A DNA stretch of 64,000 nt from Gammaproteobacteria bacterium (GTDB lineage: Bacteria; Pseudomonadota; Gammaproteobacteria; Eutrophobiales; Eutrophobiaceae), in contig CBDCDS010000003.1 in assembly GCA_965215365.1 (NCBI GenBank), positions 512,001 to 576,000 on the forward strand. Reading direction: 5' to 3'. Of this stretch, positions 18,583 to 27,911 are shown in pieces. Position numbers and translations under genes: made by a program. The notes under the pieces are model-generated. The model saw only the letters and a list, made by a program, of their open reading frames with translations, was not told where the DNA came from and did no database searches. Numbering within the stretch: the first letter of the stretch is position 1; each line of letters begins with the position of its first letter.

Positions 18583-18999
18583 TCATGCAACTCTCAATAT
18601 GCTTGACGAACCCGGGTCAATGGCGGCAAGCAGTTCATCGAATTTCTCTATCGTGGGAATACTTTTTCCGGTTTCATAACGGCCATAAGCATTGGGAGAT
18701 GACTGCCCCAGCCGGTCGGCGACCTGCCTGATGCTGAGGCCATTATCAACCCTCTTTTGCCGTAGGACCATAGCGAGTATCGGCCCTATCTTATTAGGAA
18801 TAACAAAAAAACTGTTATTTTGCCCCGGTTCGATAGTGACCTTGAACCCCTCAAGCTCGACAACGAGTTCAATGGCCTCTTGTGCCATTTCATAGGCTTC
18901 TTTTTTAGTTCTCCCCTGAGTAAATATGCCAATTTCGGGAATATCAACCCCCCATATCTTTTCACCTGCTTTTTTTTCCAGTTTTCCTTCAATCTTCAT
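18583..18999 (-). CDS. HicB family antitoxin with XRE HTH
   Basis: IPEIGIFTQGRTKKEAYEMAQEAI plus LSIRQVADRLG..AYGRYETG. Confidence 0.85.
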   Translation of the reverse strand: MKIEGKLEKKAGEKIWGVDIPEIGIFTQGRTKKEAYEMAQEAIELVVELEGFKVTIEPGQNNSFFVIPNKIGPILAMVLRQKRVDNGLSIRQVADRLGQSSPNAYGRYETGKSIPTIEKFDELLAAIDPGSSSILRVA

Positions 19000-19186
19000 C
19001 AGCGCTACTCCCGATAATTTTTCTGACCTGATTAATGATAGCCCTTGCCGTGCCTTCCCTGATTTCCCGGTGTCTTGGGACGGGGAATTTATAACTTCCC
19101 TTGCCCCATATTTCATGCCTCCGGCCCTCTCTTTCAAGTTTGCACCCGAGCTTCCCAAGAACTTTTTCCAACTCTTTTTTCTTCAC
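18989..19186 (-). CDS. HicA family toxin
   Basis: KELEKVL..G..REGRRHEIW...VPRHREI.EGTARAI. Confidence 0.85.
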   Translation of the reverse strand: MKKKELEKVLGKLGCKLEREGRRHEIWGKGSYKFPVPRHREIREGTARAIINQVRKIIGSSADED

Positions 19187-19332
19187 CGGGTGTTGTACAC
19201 AATATTGTGGATAAAGTCAATCGTTCGTTCGGGCCGCCCTTGATATCAGGCACCGCAACAGTCAGTCAGTTCAGGTTGTCACCAGTTCTGATGACATCGC
19301 GATGTCTGCATGGAGTTATTGCCTGAACATCT

Positions 19333-19698
19333 TCACGCGACCAATTTCATGTGTGCATCAATCACATCCCAAGGCACCTGTAATTCTCCTTTGGTGCCTC
19401 TTTCCAACAAGCCAACTTGTTCAAGCGCGCGGACATCGGCGTGAACGTTTTTATAGTCACGCTTGAGTTTTTTGGACAAGGCGCGGATGCTGCACAGGCT
19501 TTGCTGGCGTAACGTTTGCAGGACTTCCAGTCGCTTGGGTGACAATATGGACAAGAACATGGGCAAGTCCTCAAAATTCAGATGTATCTCTGGCTCTGTT
19601 ATCTGACCTTGCCGCGCGCGTTCCCATACCTCCACAAACCGTTCAAACCCGCGCCTGGGATCTTCTATGCCAACATGAATATGCTGTTTACGTATCAT
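19333..19698 (-). CDS. wHTH antitoxin-like regulator
   Basis: LSPKRLEVL..SIRALSKKLKRDYKNVHADV..LEQVGLL..VPWD. Confidence 0.8.
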   Translation of the reverse strand: MIRKQHIHVGIEDPRRGFERFVEVWERARQGQITEPEIHLNFEDLPMFLSILSPKRLEVLQTLRQQSLCSIRALSKKLKRDYKNVHADVRALEQVGLLERGTKGELQVPWDVIDAHMKLVA

Positions 19699-19981
19699 TT
19701 TCACCCCGTAGCTTTTCAATGTCAGCCATGAAGTCAACCACCAACTGCGTTATTGACACCCATTCATACATTTCTTCCCGCTCGTGATAATGGCGATGGT
19801 CTCCTTTTCCGCGCTCATTGTCATATCGAACCAGACACCTGCTAGGGTAGCCATAGAACAACCGATATTTCAATCCGTGCGGACGCTGGGAATCAGCTTC
19901 CACCAATTGCCATATCACCATCTCACGGATCGCGCCATCCTGATAGATATATTTATCCCGATAGAGTAATACCGCATCCAT
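19688..19981 (-). CDS. DUF6516 family toxin-like protein
   Basis: EMVIWQL..RPHGLKYRLFYG..VRYDNERGKGDHRH. Confidence 0.75.
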   Translation of the reverse strand: MDAVLLYRDKYIYQDGAIREMVIWQLVEADSQRPHGLKYRLFYGYPSRCLVRYDNERGKGDHRHYHEREEMYEWVSITQLVVDFMADIEKLRGENDT

Positions 19982-20013
19982 GTGGCTTAATATACCATAT
20001 AGCCGCAGACTAG

Positions 20014-20073
20014 GACAACTTGCCACTGACTGATGAACAAAGGACTGAGCTTGATCTACGTTTAAGCAGATAA
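20014..20073 (+). pseudogene. Fragment of an addiction-module antitoxin
   Basis: DNLPLTDEQRTELDLRL* resembles the LT.EQR.ELDRR motif of TIGR02574-type proteins. Confidence 0.35.
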
Positions 20074-20160
20074 AATCCAAGGCCGTGAAGCAGGTGATGT
20101 CGTAGCGGAAATAAAGCAAATAAAACAGACAAACGCTACTGAATAGAGTAGCATTTACCC

Positions 20161-20355
20161 ATGGGACGGGAAAAAAGGGACGGATACATTATTGAATGGT
20201 GGATTGGCGACCATTCTCCAAAACATGTGCATGTTTACAAGGACAGGCGGCAAGTAGCAAAAATAGTTGTCCCTGACATGAGGGTGTTAGGTGGAAAAGT
20301 AAACCGTAAATTGAGGAAAGTTATAGAGGAACTCATTGCGGAAGGCAAAATATGA
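20161..20355 (+). CDS. DUF4160-like small toxin
   Basis: GDHSPKHVHVY motif. Confidence 0.7.
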   Translation: MGREKRDGYIIEWWIGDHSPKHVHVYKDRRQVAKIVVPDMRVLGGKVNRKLRKVIEELIAEGKI

Positions 20356-20801
20356 AATTCAAATCAGCTACCTTCTCCAACAGGAAAAAAGAAATTCACA
20401 TCGTTTATGCCTCGGGCAAAAAAGTGGTGGTCCATTATGGGTCCCTCGGCATTGCCGACCCGATAGCACAAATCCAGGTGGACGAGGAGACTTCAGGTAG
20501 AACCCTGAAAATTGAATTTGCCAATGGAAAAACGGATTACGTGCCTTACGATCAGCCTCTGTTTCTTGTGAAGGATCCTGAATACATGCTGCGCGACCAT
20601 ATTGAGAACATTGTTGCGCGAATTAACGAGGAAATGGACCGAAAAAAAATTTCCAGGAAATATCTGGCGCAACAGTTGAAGACCTCAGATAACCATATCC
20701 AAAGGCTGTTCAACCCCCGGCTCAGGAATAAAAATCTGCCCCAGTTGTATAAACTGGCGGCGCTGCTTGGTCTTGAATTTGAGATTTTCGTGAAGGTTTA
20801 G
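20352..20801 (+). CDS. XRE-HTH antitoxin-like protein
   Basis: ATGA overlap with the upstream ORF; C-terminal HTH ISRKYLAQQLKTSDNHIQRLFNP. Confidence 0.65.
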   Translation: MKFKSATFSNRKKEIHIVYASGKKVVVHYGSLGIADPIAQIQVDEETSGRTLKIEFANGKTDYVPYDQPLFLVKDPEYMLRDHIENIVARINEEMDRKKISRKYLAQQLKTSDNHIQRLFNPRLRNKNLPQLYKLAALLGLEFEIFVKV

Positions 20802-21215
20802 ATCAAGCACTAAACCGGCGAAGTCGGGATAAAAACCAATCGGCCACTGTACGGGGCCTTCTCGTTGGTGAATTTCCGGGATTTACTCGCTTGTCTGCGT
20901 GTTTGAGGGGTTAATCACCGTCAACGGATCGCCGATCAGGTTCTGCCCCGGGTTGCGTCTTTCCTTGCCGTTGCGCCCGCCTGCCCGGCCATGAGTGCCA
21001 GCACGATCGCCGCAATCAGATATTTCATGATTCTCTCCATTCGTTCACGTCGCCAAAGCCGCCTGATGAAAGTCCGTGCCATCAGGATCGCGCCATGATC
21101 CGTCGAAATGAACCTCGTAATCGGTGAATAATGAGTGTTTCATATCGCTTTTCCGTGTCCAACAAATGTGCATCAATAATCGAATTAATTCAGTGATTTG
21201 CGCCAGTGCCTGGCA

Positions 21216-21809
21216 CTAGCATGTGGGCTTCCATTGGGTATATCCCATGTCGAGGTATCGTTGGGGGAGCGTATCGTCATCCGTAACCTCGATTATTAAG
21301 TCAAGTTGGTCAGTGAGATTCAGGTCGCCGGGACCAATGTTGGTAATCCGCGTTGAAATAGTCATCCGTTGCACCGTGGCCCCCACATTGCGGCAGTTAT
21401 TGTCCTTGCTGGAGATATTGAATTCGATCTCACAGCCACTGCTCTCCAGACATTTGCCGGTCATCTCATCACCATCACCGAAACCGTCTCTTTCCGAATA
21501 CCCACCTCGAAAATCCACGGTGTCAATGCGATGCCCGCTCGGTTTGATGATGCTGATGGACGGCCGTGCGCCAGTGGAAAGACTAGTGCATTTGTACGTC
21601 AGCGGGAAACTAACGAAGTGGCCCTCCTCGGGGCTCAGCTTGTTTCCCTGAAAACTGTAGGTTCCCTCCCCCGACCAGACGTTACCGACAGTGATGCTGC
21701 ACTCCGTCTGCGTCTGCGCTAAGGCCGGCGCGGTCAGCGTCAGGGCCACCAGCGCGGCGGCGAGTGTCGTCAGAATGGATATTGTGAAAATTGAAAGCGT
21801 ATGTTTCAT
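21216..21809 (-). CDS. Secreted hypothetical protein
   Basis: Signal peptide (..TAPALA-Q), several Cys, GAGGAG SD upstream. Confidence 0.6.
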   Translation of the reverse strand: MKHTLSIFTISILTTLAAALVALTLTAPALAQTQTECSITVGNVWSGEGTYSFQGNKLSPEEGHFVSFPLTYKCTSLSTGARPSISIIKPSGHRIDTVDFRGGYSERDGFGDGDEMTGKCLESSGCEIEFNISSKDNNCRNVGATVQRMTISTRITNIGPGDLNLTDQLDLIIEVTDDDTLPQRYLDMGYTQWKPTC

Positions 21810-21850
21810 GATTTGCTCCTCTGGTTAATGGTCATAAGTATAAGCGCAAT

Positions 21851-22020
21851 TCATTCGAATGTCAAATCGATCCGGTTTTCATCGAGCACTTGGGTCTGCA
21901 GGACGTGCGGCAGGGCTTTGAGCCAGGCGCCGACGATGTAGTGCAGGCCGGCGCCCTCTAAGGCGCTGAGGTTATCCTCGCTCAGGATACCCCGGTCGGC
22001 GACGAGCACCGCGTCCTCGA
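21851..22020 (-). pseudogene. IS1634-like transposase fragment
   Basis: VLVADRGILSEDNLSALEGAGLHYIVGA motif. Confidence 0.6.
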
Positions 22021-22087
22021 CCGGCTGATACACAACGCACACCGATTGACATTAACGGGCGAATCCATGCGCAAAAAGCAAAAGCTT

Positions 22088-22199
22088 TGTCCGGGTTCAG
22101 AAACAAGTGAGACTCTTTAGATAAAGAAATCGGGTAGTTAAGTGTGTGAATTAATCTCAACTAATTGACACAGGAGGACTACCCGATGCAGATCAAAAG
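22088..22199 (+). mobile_element. Left-end fragment of the IS481 element
   Basis: Reverse complement of about 17318-17428, including SD and the MQIK start, then truncated. Confidence 0.85.
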
Positions 22200-22213
22200 G
22201 TAAGCGGGTGAAA

Positions 22214-22402
22214 TCATATCGCAGTTGGCGGACTTTTTAACAGGTAAACGGTTTCCATCAACCCGTTGAAATGATCGAGTGACATGACCACGGCATCCTC
22301 AGCATCCCTGCGCGTAATGATGGTACAATCGGAGTCTTCAGCGACTTGATCGAGGACTTTTTTGAACTGATTCCTTGCTTCGGAAAAATTGATGACGCGC
22401 AT
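22214..22402 (-). pseudogene. Phd/YefM antitoxin, C-terminally truncated, toxin absent
   Basis: MRVINFSEARNQFKKVLDQV..ITRRDAEDAVVMSL..LMETVYLLKSP. Confidence 0.8.
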
Positions 22403-22517
22403 TAAATATCACCATACTTGTACTTTATATAGGTCAAGTATAGCCCTTGATATTGCATGCTGCAACAGTCAGTCAGTTTAAGAAGGCCGCCTGAGCGGTT
22501 GACAACAACCAGTCTTG

Positions 22518-22556
22518 GACTTAATATTTTGCATTTTGAATGCAAAATATTAAGTC
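22518..22556. promoter_or_regulatory. 18-bp perfect inverted repeat upstream of the AAA ATPase
   Basis: GACTTAATATTTTGCATT-ttg-AATGCAAAATATTAAGTC. Confidence 0.6.
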
Positions 22557-23790
22557 AATGAAGAGTAACCATACCTCTTATATCGAGCGCTCGCTGGAGC
22601 CGGTGTTACGTCAGGCCGCCGCCGAGTTTCCCGCTGTAGTCCTGACCGGGCCGCGCCAGTCCGGCAAAACCACGCTGTTGCGACACCTGTTCGGGGAGGA
22701 TTACCGGTATGTCTCTCTGGAACCACCGGATATTCGGCTGGCCGCTACTGATGACCCGCGCGCCTTCCTGGAAATGTACCGTCCGCCGGTCATCTTCGAT
22801 GAAGTGCAGTACGTGCCAAACCTGCTGCCGTATATCAAGGAGAAGATAGACGGCGACCGGCACAAGAGCGGTCAATACCTGCTCACCGGCTCACAGAACC
22901 TGCTGCTGGCGGAAAAGGTGACCGAGTCGCTGGCCGGGCGCGCGGCCATGTTGCGCCTGTGGCCCTTGTCGCGCCGGGAAAGGGAGGGTAATCCGCAGCT
23001 TGGCTTGCCCTGGGAATCCGGATGGAATCGGTCCCCTAAAGTGTCAGACGCGTTCGGCAGTCTGTGGCGGGCATTGCTGAGAGGCGGTTACCCAGAACCG
23101 GTGACACAGCCGCGCCGGAACCTCCGGTTATGGCATGCCAGTTATATCCAGACCTACCTGGAACGCGATGTGCGGACACTCAGGCAGGTGGGCGACCTGA
23201 CGCAATACCAGAATTTTCTGCGGGTACTGGCGGCGCGCAGCGCGCAACTCCTGAACCTGAGTGATGTCGCCCGCGACCTGGGCGTTGCAGTGAATACCAT
23301 CAAGGCCTGGCTCTCCGTGCTCGAAGCGACCTACCAGATTATCGTCCTGCGTCCCTACTTCGCCAACGTTGGCAAACGGCTTGTCAAAACCGCTAAAGTA
23401 TATTTCACGGACACCGGAATTCTCTGCCACTTAGCGGGCCTCAAAGACCCCGACCATGCGGCTGCCGGACCCATGGGCGGCGCCATCCTGGAAACGGCAG
23501 TGCTGATGGAACTTATCAAGACGCTGACCCACCGGGGCGCCGACCCGCAACTCTACTTCTGGCGAACCAGCGCCGGGACGGAGGTGGACTTTGTGGTGGC
23601 AGAGGGCGAAAAACTGGTGCCTGTTGAAGTCAAGCTGTCAGCCTCACCCCGCCCGGCAATGGGCTCTGCCATCGGGATTTTTCATGACGATTTCAGGAAC
23701 ACCGCACTCCCGGGATACGTAGTACACCCGGGAGACGCGTGTTTCCCCCTGCGCTCAGGTGTGACCGCGCTGCCGTTTGCTTATTTGTGA
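22540..23790 (+). CDS. AAA_14 + DUF4143 ATPase
   Basis: GPRQSGKT, IFDEVQ, LLTGS, ESLAGR, EVDFV..VEVK; start may be ATG 22558. Confidence 0.9.
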   Translation: MQNIKSMKSNHTSYIERSLEPVLRQAAAEFPAVVLTGPRQSGKTTLLRHLFGEDYRYVSLEPPDIRLAATDDPRAFLEMYRPPVIFDEVQYVPNLLPYIKEKIDGDRHKSGQYLLTGSQNLLLAEKVTESLAGRAAMLRLWPLSRREREGNPQLGLPWESGWNRSPKVSDAFGSLWRALLRGGYPEPVTQPRRNLRLWHASYIQTYLERDVRTLRQVGDLTQYQNFLRVLAARSAQLLNLSDVARDLGVAVNTIKAWLSVLEATYQIIVLRPYFANVGKRLVKTAKVYFTDTGILCHLAGLKDPDHAAAGPMGGAILETAVLMELIKTLTHRGADPQLYFWRTSAGTEVDFVVAEGEKLVPVEVKLSASPRPAMGSAIGIFHDDFRNTALPGYVVHPGDACFPLRSGVTALPFAYL

Positions 23791-24954
23791 TTCAGGGTGA
23801 CACTCAGTCATGAGCATCAGGTCATAATTTTTTGTAATAATCCCGGATTTTAACAGACATCATTTTTCTACGCGCTTGCAGAAATTCATCGAAACCATCG
23901 ATACGTAAATCAGTGTCTTGCTGAGGGATGCAATGCTGTGCAAGGTTATCCCGCAGGTTATCAGCATTTTTTATGCTGCCGTAGCAGGTTTTCCCAGTCT
24001 TGCATTGCTCCCACAATCGCTCGAAGTAAACCGCTGGTTCCGTGTCCCCGATGGCAATGTTGATCTCACCCTGCATCACAACATAATTGGCAATCTGGTT
24101 GTAGCGACCACGCTGTAAACCTTCTTTCTTCAGATAGTTCTTTGGAAAAATATGATGGATATGTGCTTGACCTTCCAAGAGATCGCGCACGCAGATGTCA
24201 CTCGAGAGAAAACCTCTATCATTGGCCTTCACCTGACTGGCCAGAAAAACATTGTAATACGGGCTGCTCGCCACCGATGTATCCATTTGCTGTGGCAATC
24301 CCACATCCCAGAAGGCATCCGAAAGCTCCGCTTGCTCCAACATATCAAGGTAAGAGGGTGCGCCCTGCTCATCAATATAGCGAATATCCTCACCGAATGC
24401 GGTTTCCGGAGAGCCGGTATATCTGGCAGTCAATACCGACATCACAAACCAGCGACGAACTAAAGTCTCAGGTTCTACACCCTGAGCACGCAACGTCAGA
24501 TAGAGAATATAAGCAAAATTAACCGTGTTCTGTGACCTTATCATTGGAGCATTTACAAACCCCGCAGAGCGAAGGATCATAATAAAGCGTTTGAAGTGGG
24601 TTTCGTTCATGTAACGTTTGACCGCTTCTCCCAGCTTAAAGAAACTGTTTTCTGCGATGACTTCTTCAAATGTGCGTGTCTCAAAGTTACGGCCTGATAA
24701 TAATGCGACCAGATCCTCTAGGCGCCCGCGCTTAAATTCCGAAGTAAACGCCACGCGGAGCATGTCTGTATAAGAGGGGTCATACAAATCTTCTTTCTCA
24801 TCCTTCAGCCACTTCATTGCCTGAAAATAATCCGTTCTGACGAAATCCTGATCCTTTGATAGTTGGTAACTACTCGCCCCCTCCCTCTAATTCTACTGAA
24901 TTTTTTGTCAAGGCGTCCTTGACAACATAGCGTCATGGCGTTATGTTGGTCGTC

Positions 24955-25635
24955 ATGGGGAATGCGTACCGAGGGTCGAAAGCCACGACGGGTCTGTGCC
25001 AGCCGCTCATTGCGATGATGCCGCCGCACAGTGTGTACATTGAGACACACTTAGGCGGCGGGGCGATTATGCAGCGCAAGCCGGCGGCGTTGCGCAACAT
25101 TGGGATTGATCTTGATGTGCGGGCGTTGGCGGGGTTTACGTGTAGGTATCCGGTGGAGTTGGTGCAGGGGTGTTGTCACCGCTGGTTGGCGACTTTTCCG
25201 TTTGACGGCACGGAGTTGGTGTACAGCGACCCGCCCTACCTGCACAGCACGCGCAAGTCACGGCACCGTTACCGGTATGACTACGAGGACTCAGACCATG
25301 AGGCGCTGCTGGCGTTACTGCAGGGGCTGCCCTGTGCGGTGATGGTGTCGGGGTATCCTTCGGCCTTGTATGATGAGGTGCTGGCGGGCTGGCGCAGTGT
25401 GTCCTTGCAGGTGATGAATCAGGGCGGGGTGGTGACCGAGCGGGTCTGGTTCAATTTTGTGCCGGACCGGGTGCACTGGGTGCGCTATGCGGGGCGCAAC
25501 TTCACGCACCGCCAGCAGGTCAAGCGCAAGGCTGAGAACTGGGGGCGGCGTTATCGTGACTTGCCCCCGGCCGAGCGGCTGGCGGTGCTGGCGGCGATGA
25601 TGGCGGTGGAGGCACAGTGCACATGGCCACGGTGA
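24955..25635 (+). CDS. DNA adenine methyltransferase (Dam/D12-like)
   Basis: Y.GSK, YIETHLGGGA (motif I), YSDPPY (motif IV), VMVSGY. Confidence 0.85.
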   Translation: MGNAYRGSKATTGLCQPLIAMMPPHSVYIETHLGGGAIMQRKPAALRNIGIDLDVRALAGFTCRYPVELVQGCCHRWLATFPFDGTELVYSDPPYLHSTRKSRHRYRYDYEDSDHEALLALLQGLPCAVMVSGYPSALYDEVLAGWRSVSLQVMNQGGVVTERVWFNFVPDRVHWVRYAGRNFTHRQQVKRKAENWGRRYRDLPPAERLAVLAAMMAVEAQCTWPR

Positions 25636-27140
25636 ACAAGGCCTCATTGCGTGCGGAGTTCGAGGCCATCCGAATGCGTTTTAAGGCGTTGTGCGCCGAC
25701 GGCGCGCTGAGTCCCGAAGGGCGTGCGCTGTTCGAGTCGATGTTGCTGCTATTCGAGTTGCTGCTGGCGGTGTTCTTAGAGAAGACCACACCGAAGGGGG
25801 CGCACAACTCCAGCCTGCCCAGTTCCCGCACCGACCCCGATGACAGTGCGCGCACACGGCCCGGCAAGCAGGGCAAGGGGCCGCAGACCGGGACGGTGCC
25901 CAGCGCGTCCCGGCGCGTGGTGGCTCAGACCCGCACGGTGCCCGTGACCGGCTGCCGGGCCTGCGGGCATGATCTCAAAGGCACCGCCCCCACCGGCCAT
26001 GTGCGACGAGTCAAGGTCGATATAGTCTTCGAGACGACCGAGTTGACCATTGACGCCGAGATAAAAACCTGTCCGCGCTGTGGCACTGAGACCCACGGGG
26101 CGTTTCCCGATGACATGCCGGGGCCTTTACAATACGGCCCTGGCATCGTGGCTTTCGCCACGCACCTGTTAACGGCCCAAATGCTCTCGCTCAAACGTAC
26201 GGCGCAGACACTTCATGCACTGACCGGGCGCGCCGTCGCCGAGGCGACCTTACTGGCCTGGCTCACGCGGGTGCATGAGGCCCTGGCCGGGTGGGAGCGG
26301 GCGGCTATCGCCCGCCTGCTCACAGAGCCCGTGCTGCACGCCGATGAGACCTCCTTGCGCATCGACCGCACACAACACTGGCTGCACAGCACCAGTGCCG
26401 GGAACCTGGTACTGAAACACTGCCACCGCAAGCGGGGCGGGGACGCCCTCAAGGACATCGGCATCGTCCCCCGCTACGGCGGTGTTCTCGTGCACGACCG
26501 CTGGGCCAGCTACTTCGCCTATGACAACTGCGAGCATGCCCTGTGCGGCAGTCACCTGTTGCGTAACTTGGCCTTTATCGAGGACGCCCACGGCCATGCC
26601 TGGGCCCAACGTATGAGCCGCCTCCTGCTCAAGACCTGCCGACAGGTGCGCACACATAAAAACAAGGCACTCAGCGAGACCGACTACCAGTCCCTGCGCA
26701 CCCGCTACCGGACTATCCTGACACAAGCCAAACGGGAACTCCCCACACCCCCGAAACGGCTCACCGGCCAACGCGGACGGATTGCCCAATGTGAGGCACA
26801 AAACCTCCATGATGCCCTCGTCAAGTACGAAACCGAAGTCCTCCGCTTCGCCCGCGACCCCAACGTGCCGTTCACCAACAACCGCGCCGAACGCGATATC
26901 CGTATGGCTAAAGTCAAACAAAAAGTCTCCGGCTGCTTCCGAACCACCGCCTACGCCGACACCTACTGCCGCATCTCCAGCTACTTGCAGTCTATGACCC
27001 TGAAGGGCTACAATCCCCTCGCCGCCATCGAGATAGCACTCAAGGGAGACGCCGCCACCATGGTGGAAAAACCGCTCAAAAATAAAACGGTTAAGAAAAA
27101 CCAGATCAGAACAAGAGATCAGGGTAAGGGGGGCGAGTAG
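25623..27140 (+). CDS. IS66 transposase TnpC
   Basis: NSSLPSS, zinc ribbon CxxC..CPRC, LHADET, VHDRW, HALCGSHLLRNL, FTNNRAERDIR. Confidence 0.92.
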   Translation: MATVNKASLRAEFEAIRMRFKALCADGALSPEGRALFESMLLLFELLLAVFLEKTTPKGAHNSSLPSSRTDPDDSARTRPGKQGKGPQTGTVPSASRRVVAQTRTVPVTGCRACGHDLKGTAPTGHVRRVKVDIVFETTELTIDAEIKTCPRCGTETHGAFPDDMPGPLQYGPGIVAFATHLLTAQMLSLKRTAQTLHALTGRAVAEATLLAWLTRVHEALAGWERAAIARLLTEPVLHADETSLRIDRTQHWLHSTSAGNLVLKHCHRKRGGDALKDIGIVPRYGGVLVHDRWASYFAYDNCEHALCGSHLLRNLAFIEDAHGHAWAQRMSRLLLKTCRQVRTHKNKALSETDYQSLRTRYRTILTQAKRELPTPPKRLTGQRGRIAQCEAQNLHDALVKYETEVLRFARDPNVPFTNNRAERDIRMAKVKQKVSGCFRTTAYADTYCRISSYLQSMTLKGYNPLAAIEIALKGDAATMVEKPLKNKTVKKNQIRTRDQGKGGE

Positions 27141-27911
27141 TTACGATAGTTGGTTGTATGCCTCTGGCGCAATAGCCAAGTGGCAAAAATAGTCAATACA
27201 TTTGCGCAGTTGATGACCATTGTATTTTTCACTTGATGCCATTTTCGACATAGCAAAGTCCGCTGCATTCAGCGTGACCCCCTTTGAATTAATACGAATA
27301 AAAATTTCAGCGACAGTTTCCACGTCCAGGTCATGGTTCAGGTCAATCAGGCCAATGGTATTAAAAACAATTGCCTGAAGTTTATTCATACGTTCGAAGA
27401 TTTCGTCCTTGTTCATATCGGGATTTTTCTCGCAGTATTCGTCAACTAAACGATTAATTTTAGTCTCTGGCGCGAATATCCTGGAAATATCTGCGATCCA
27501 TTCCCGGTCTCGACTTATTGCTGGATTGCGTACCTCAAATCGCTCGTTTTTAGGATGGAATGCGATGGCAATCGATACCTGTCTGTAGTCTTTGTTTATG
27601 ATCTGCTTCCCTTGTAATGCTGCCAGGAGCGCGGTCACGCGTTGCTGCCCATCGATCAGGACCCGCTTGCCTGAAGATGTAGTACCATCCTTTAAGCGAA
27701 TATCGGGACTCTGCCAGGCAATGATGTACCCAACAGGATAGCCCCAATAAAGAGAATCTATCAGGTCGCGCACCTTTGCAGAGTTCCACACAAAAGGGCG
27801 CTGGATTTCAGGAATTGCAATCTGGTCGGCATTCAGCCAAGCCAGTAAAACCTCTATAGAGTGGGAATTTACTGAATAACGTTGAATGGTCATGAAATTG
27901 CGAGCTAAAAC

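Larger units (their letters stand above)
24866..27144 (+). mobile_element. IS66-family element (ISBst12-like, no tnpA/tnpB) with methyltransferase passenger, 2279 bp
   Basis: IRs GTAACTACTCGCCCCC / GGGGGCGAGTAGTTAC; 8-bp TSD GATAGTTG at 24858-24865 and 27145-27152. Confidence 0.92.
23822..27893 (-). pseudogene. GmrSD-like (DUF262 + HNH/DUF1524) endonuclease interrupted by IS66
   Basis: N-part IPEIQRPFVW/LIDGQQR (27145-27893) and C-part HHIFPK..NQIAN; removing the IS restores the frame ...[21 protein letters not shown] (about 594 aa). Confidence 0.85.
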
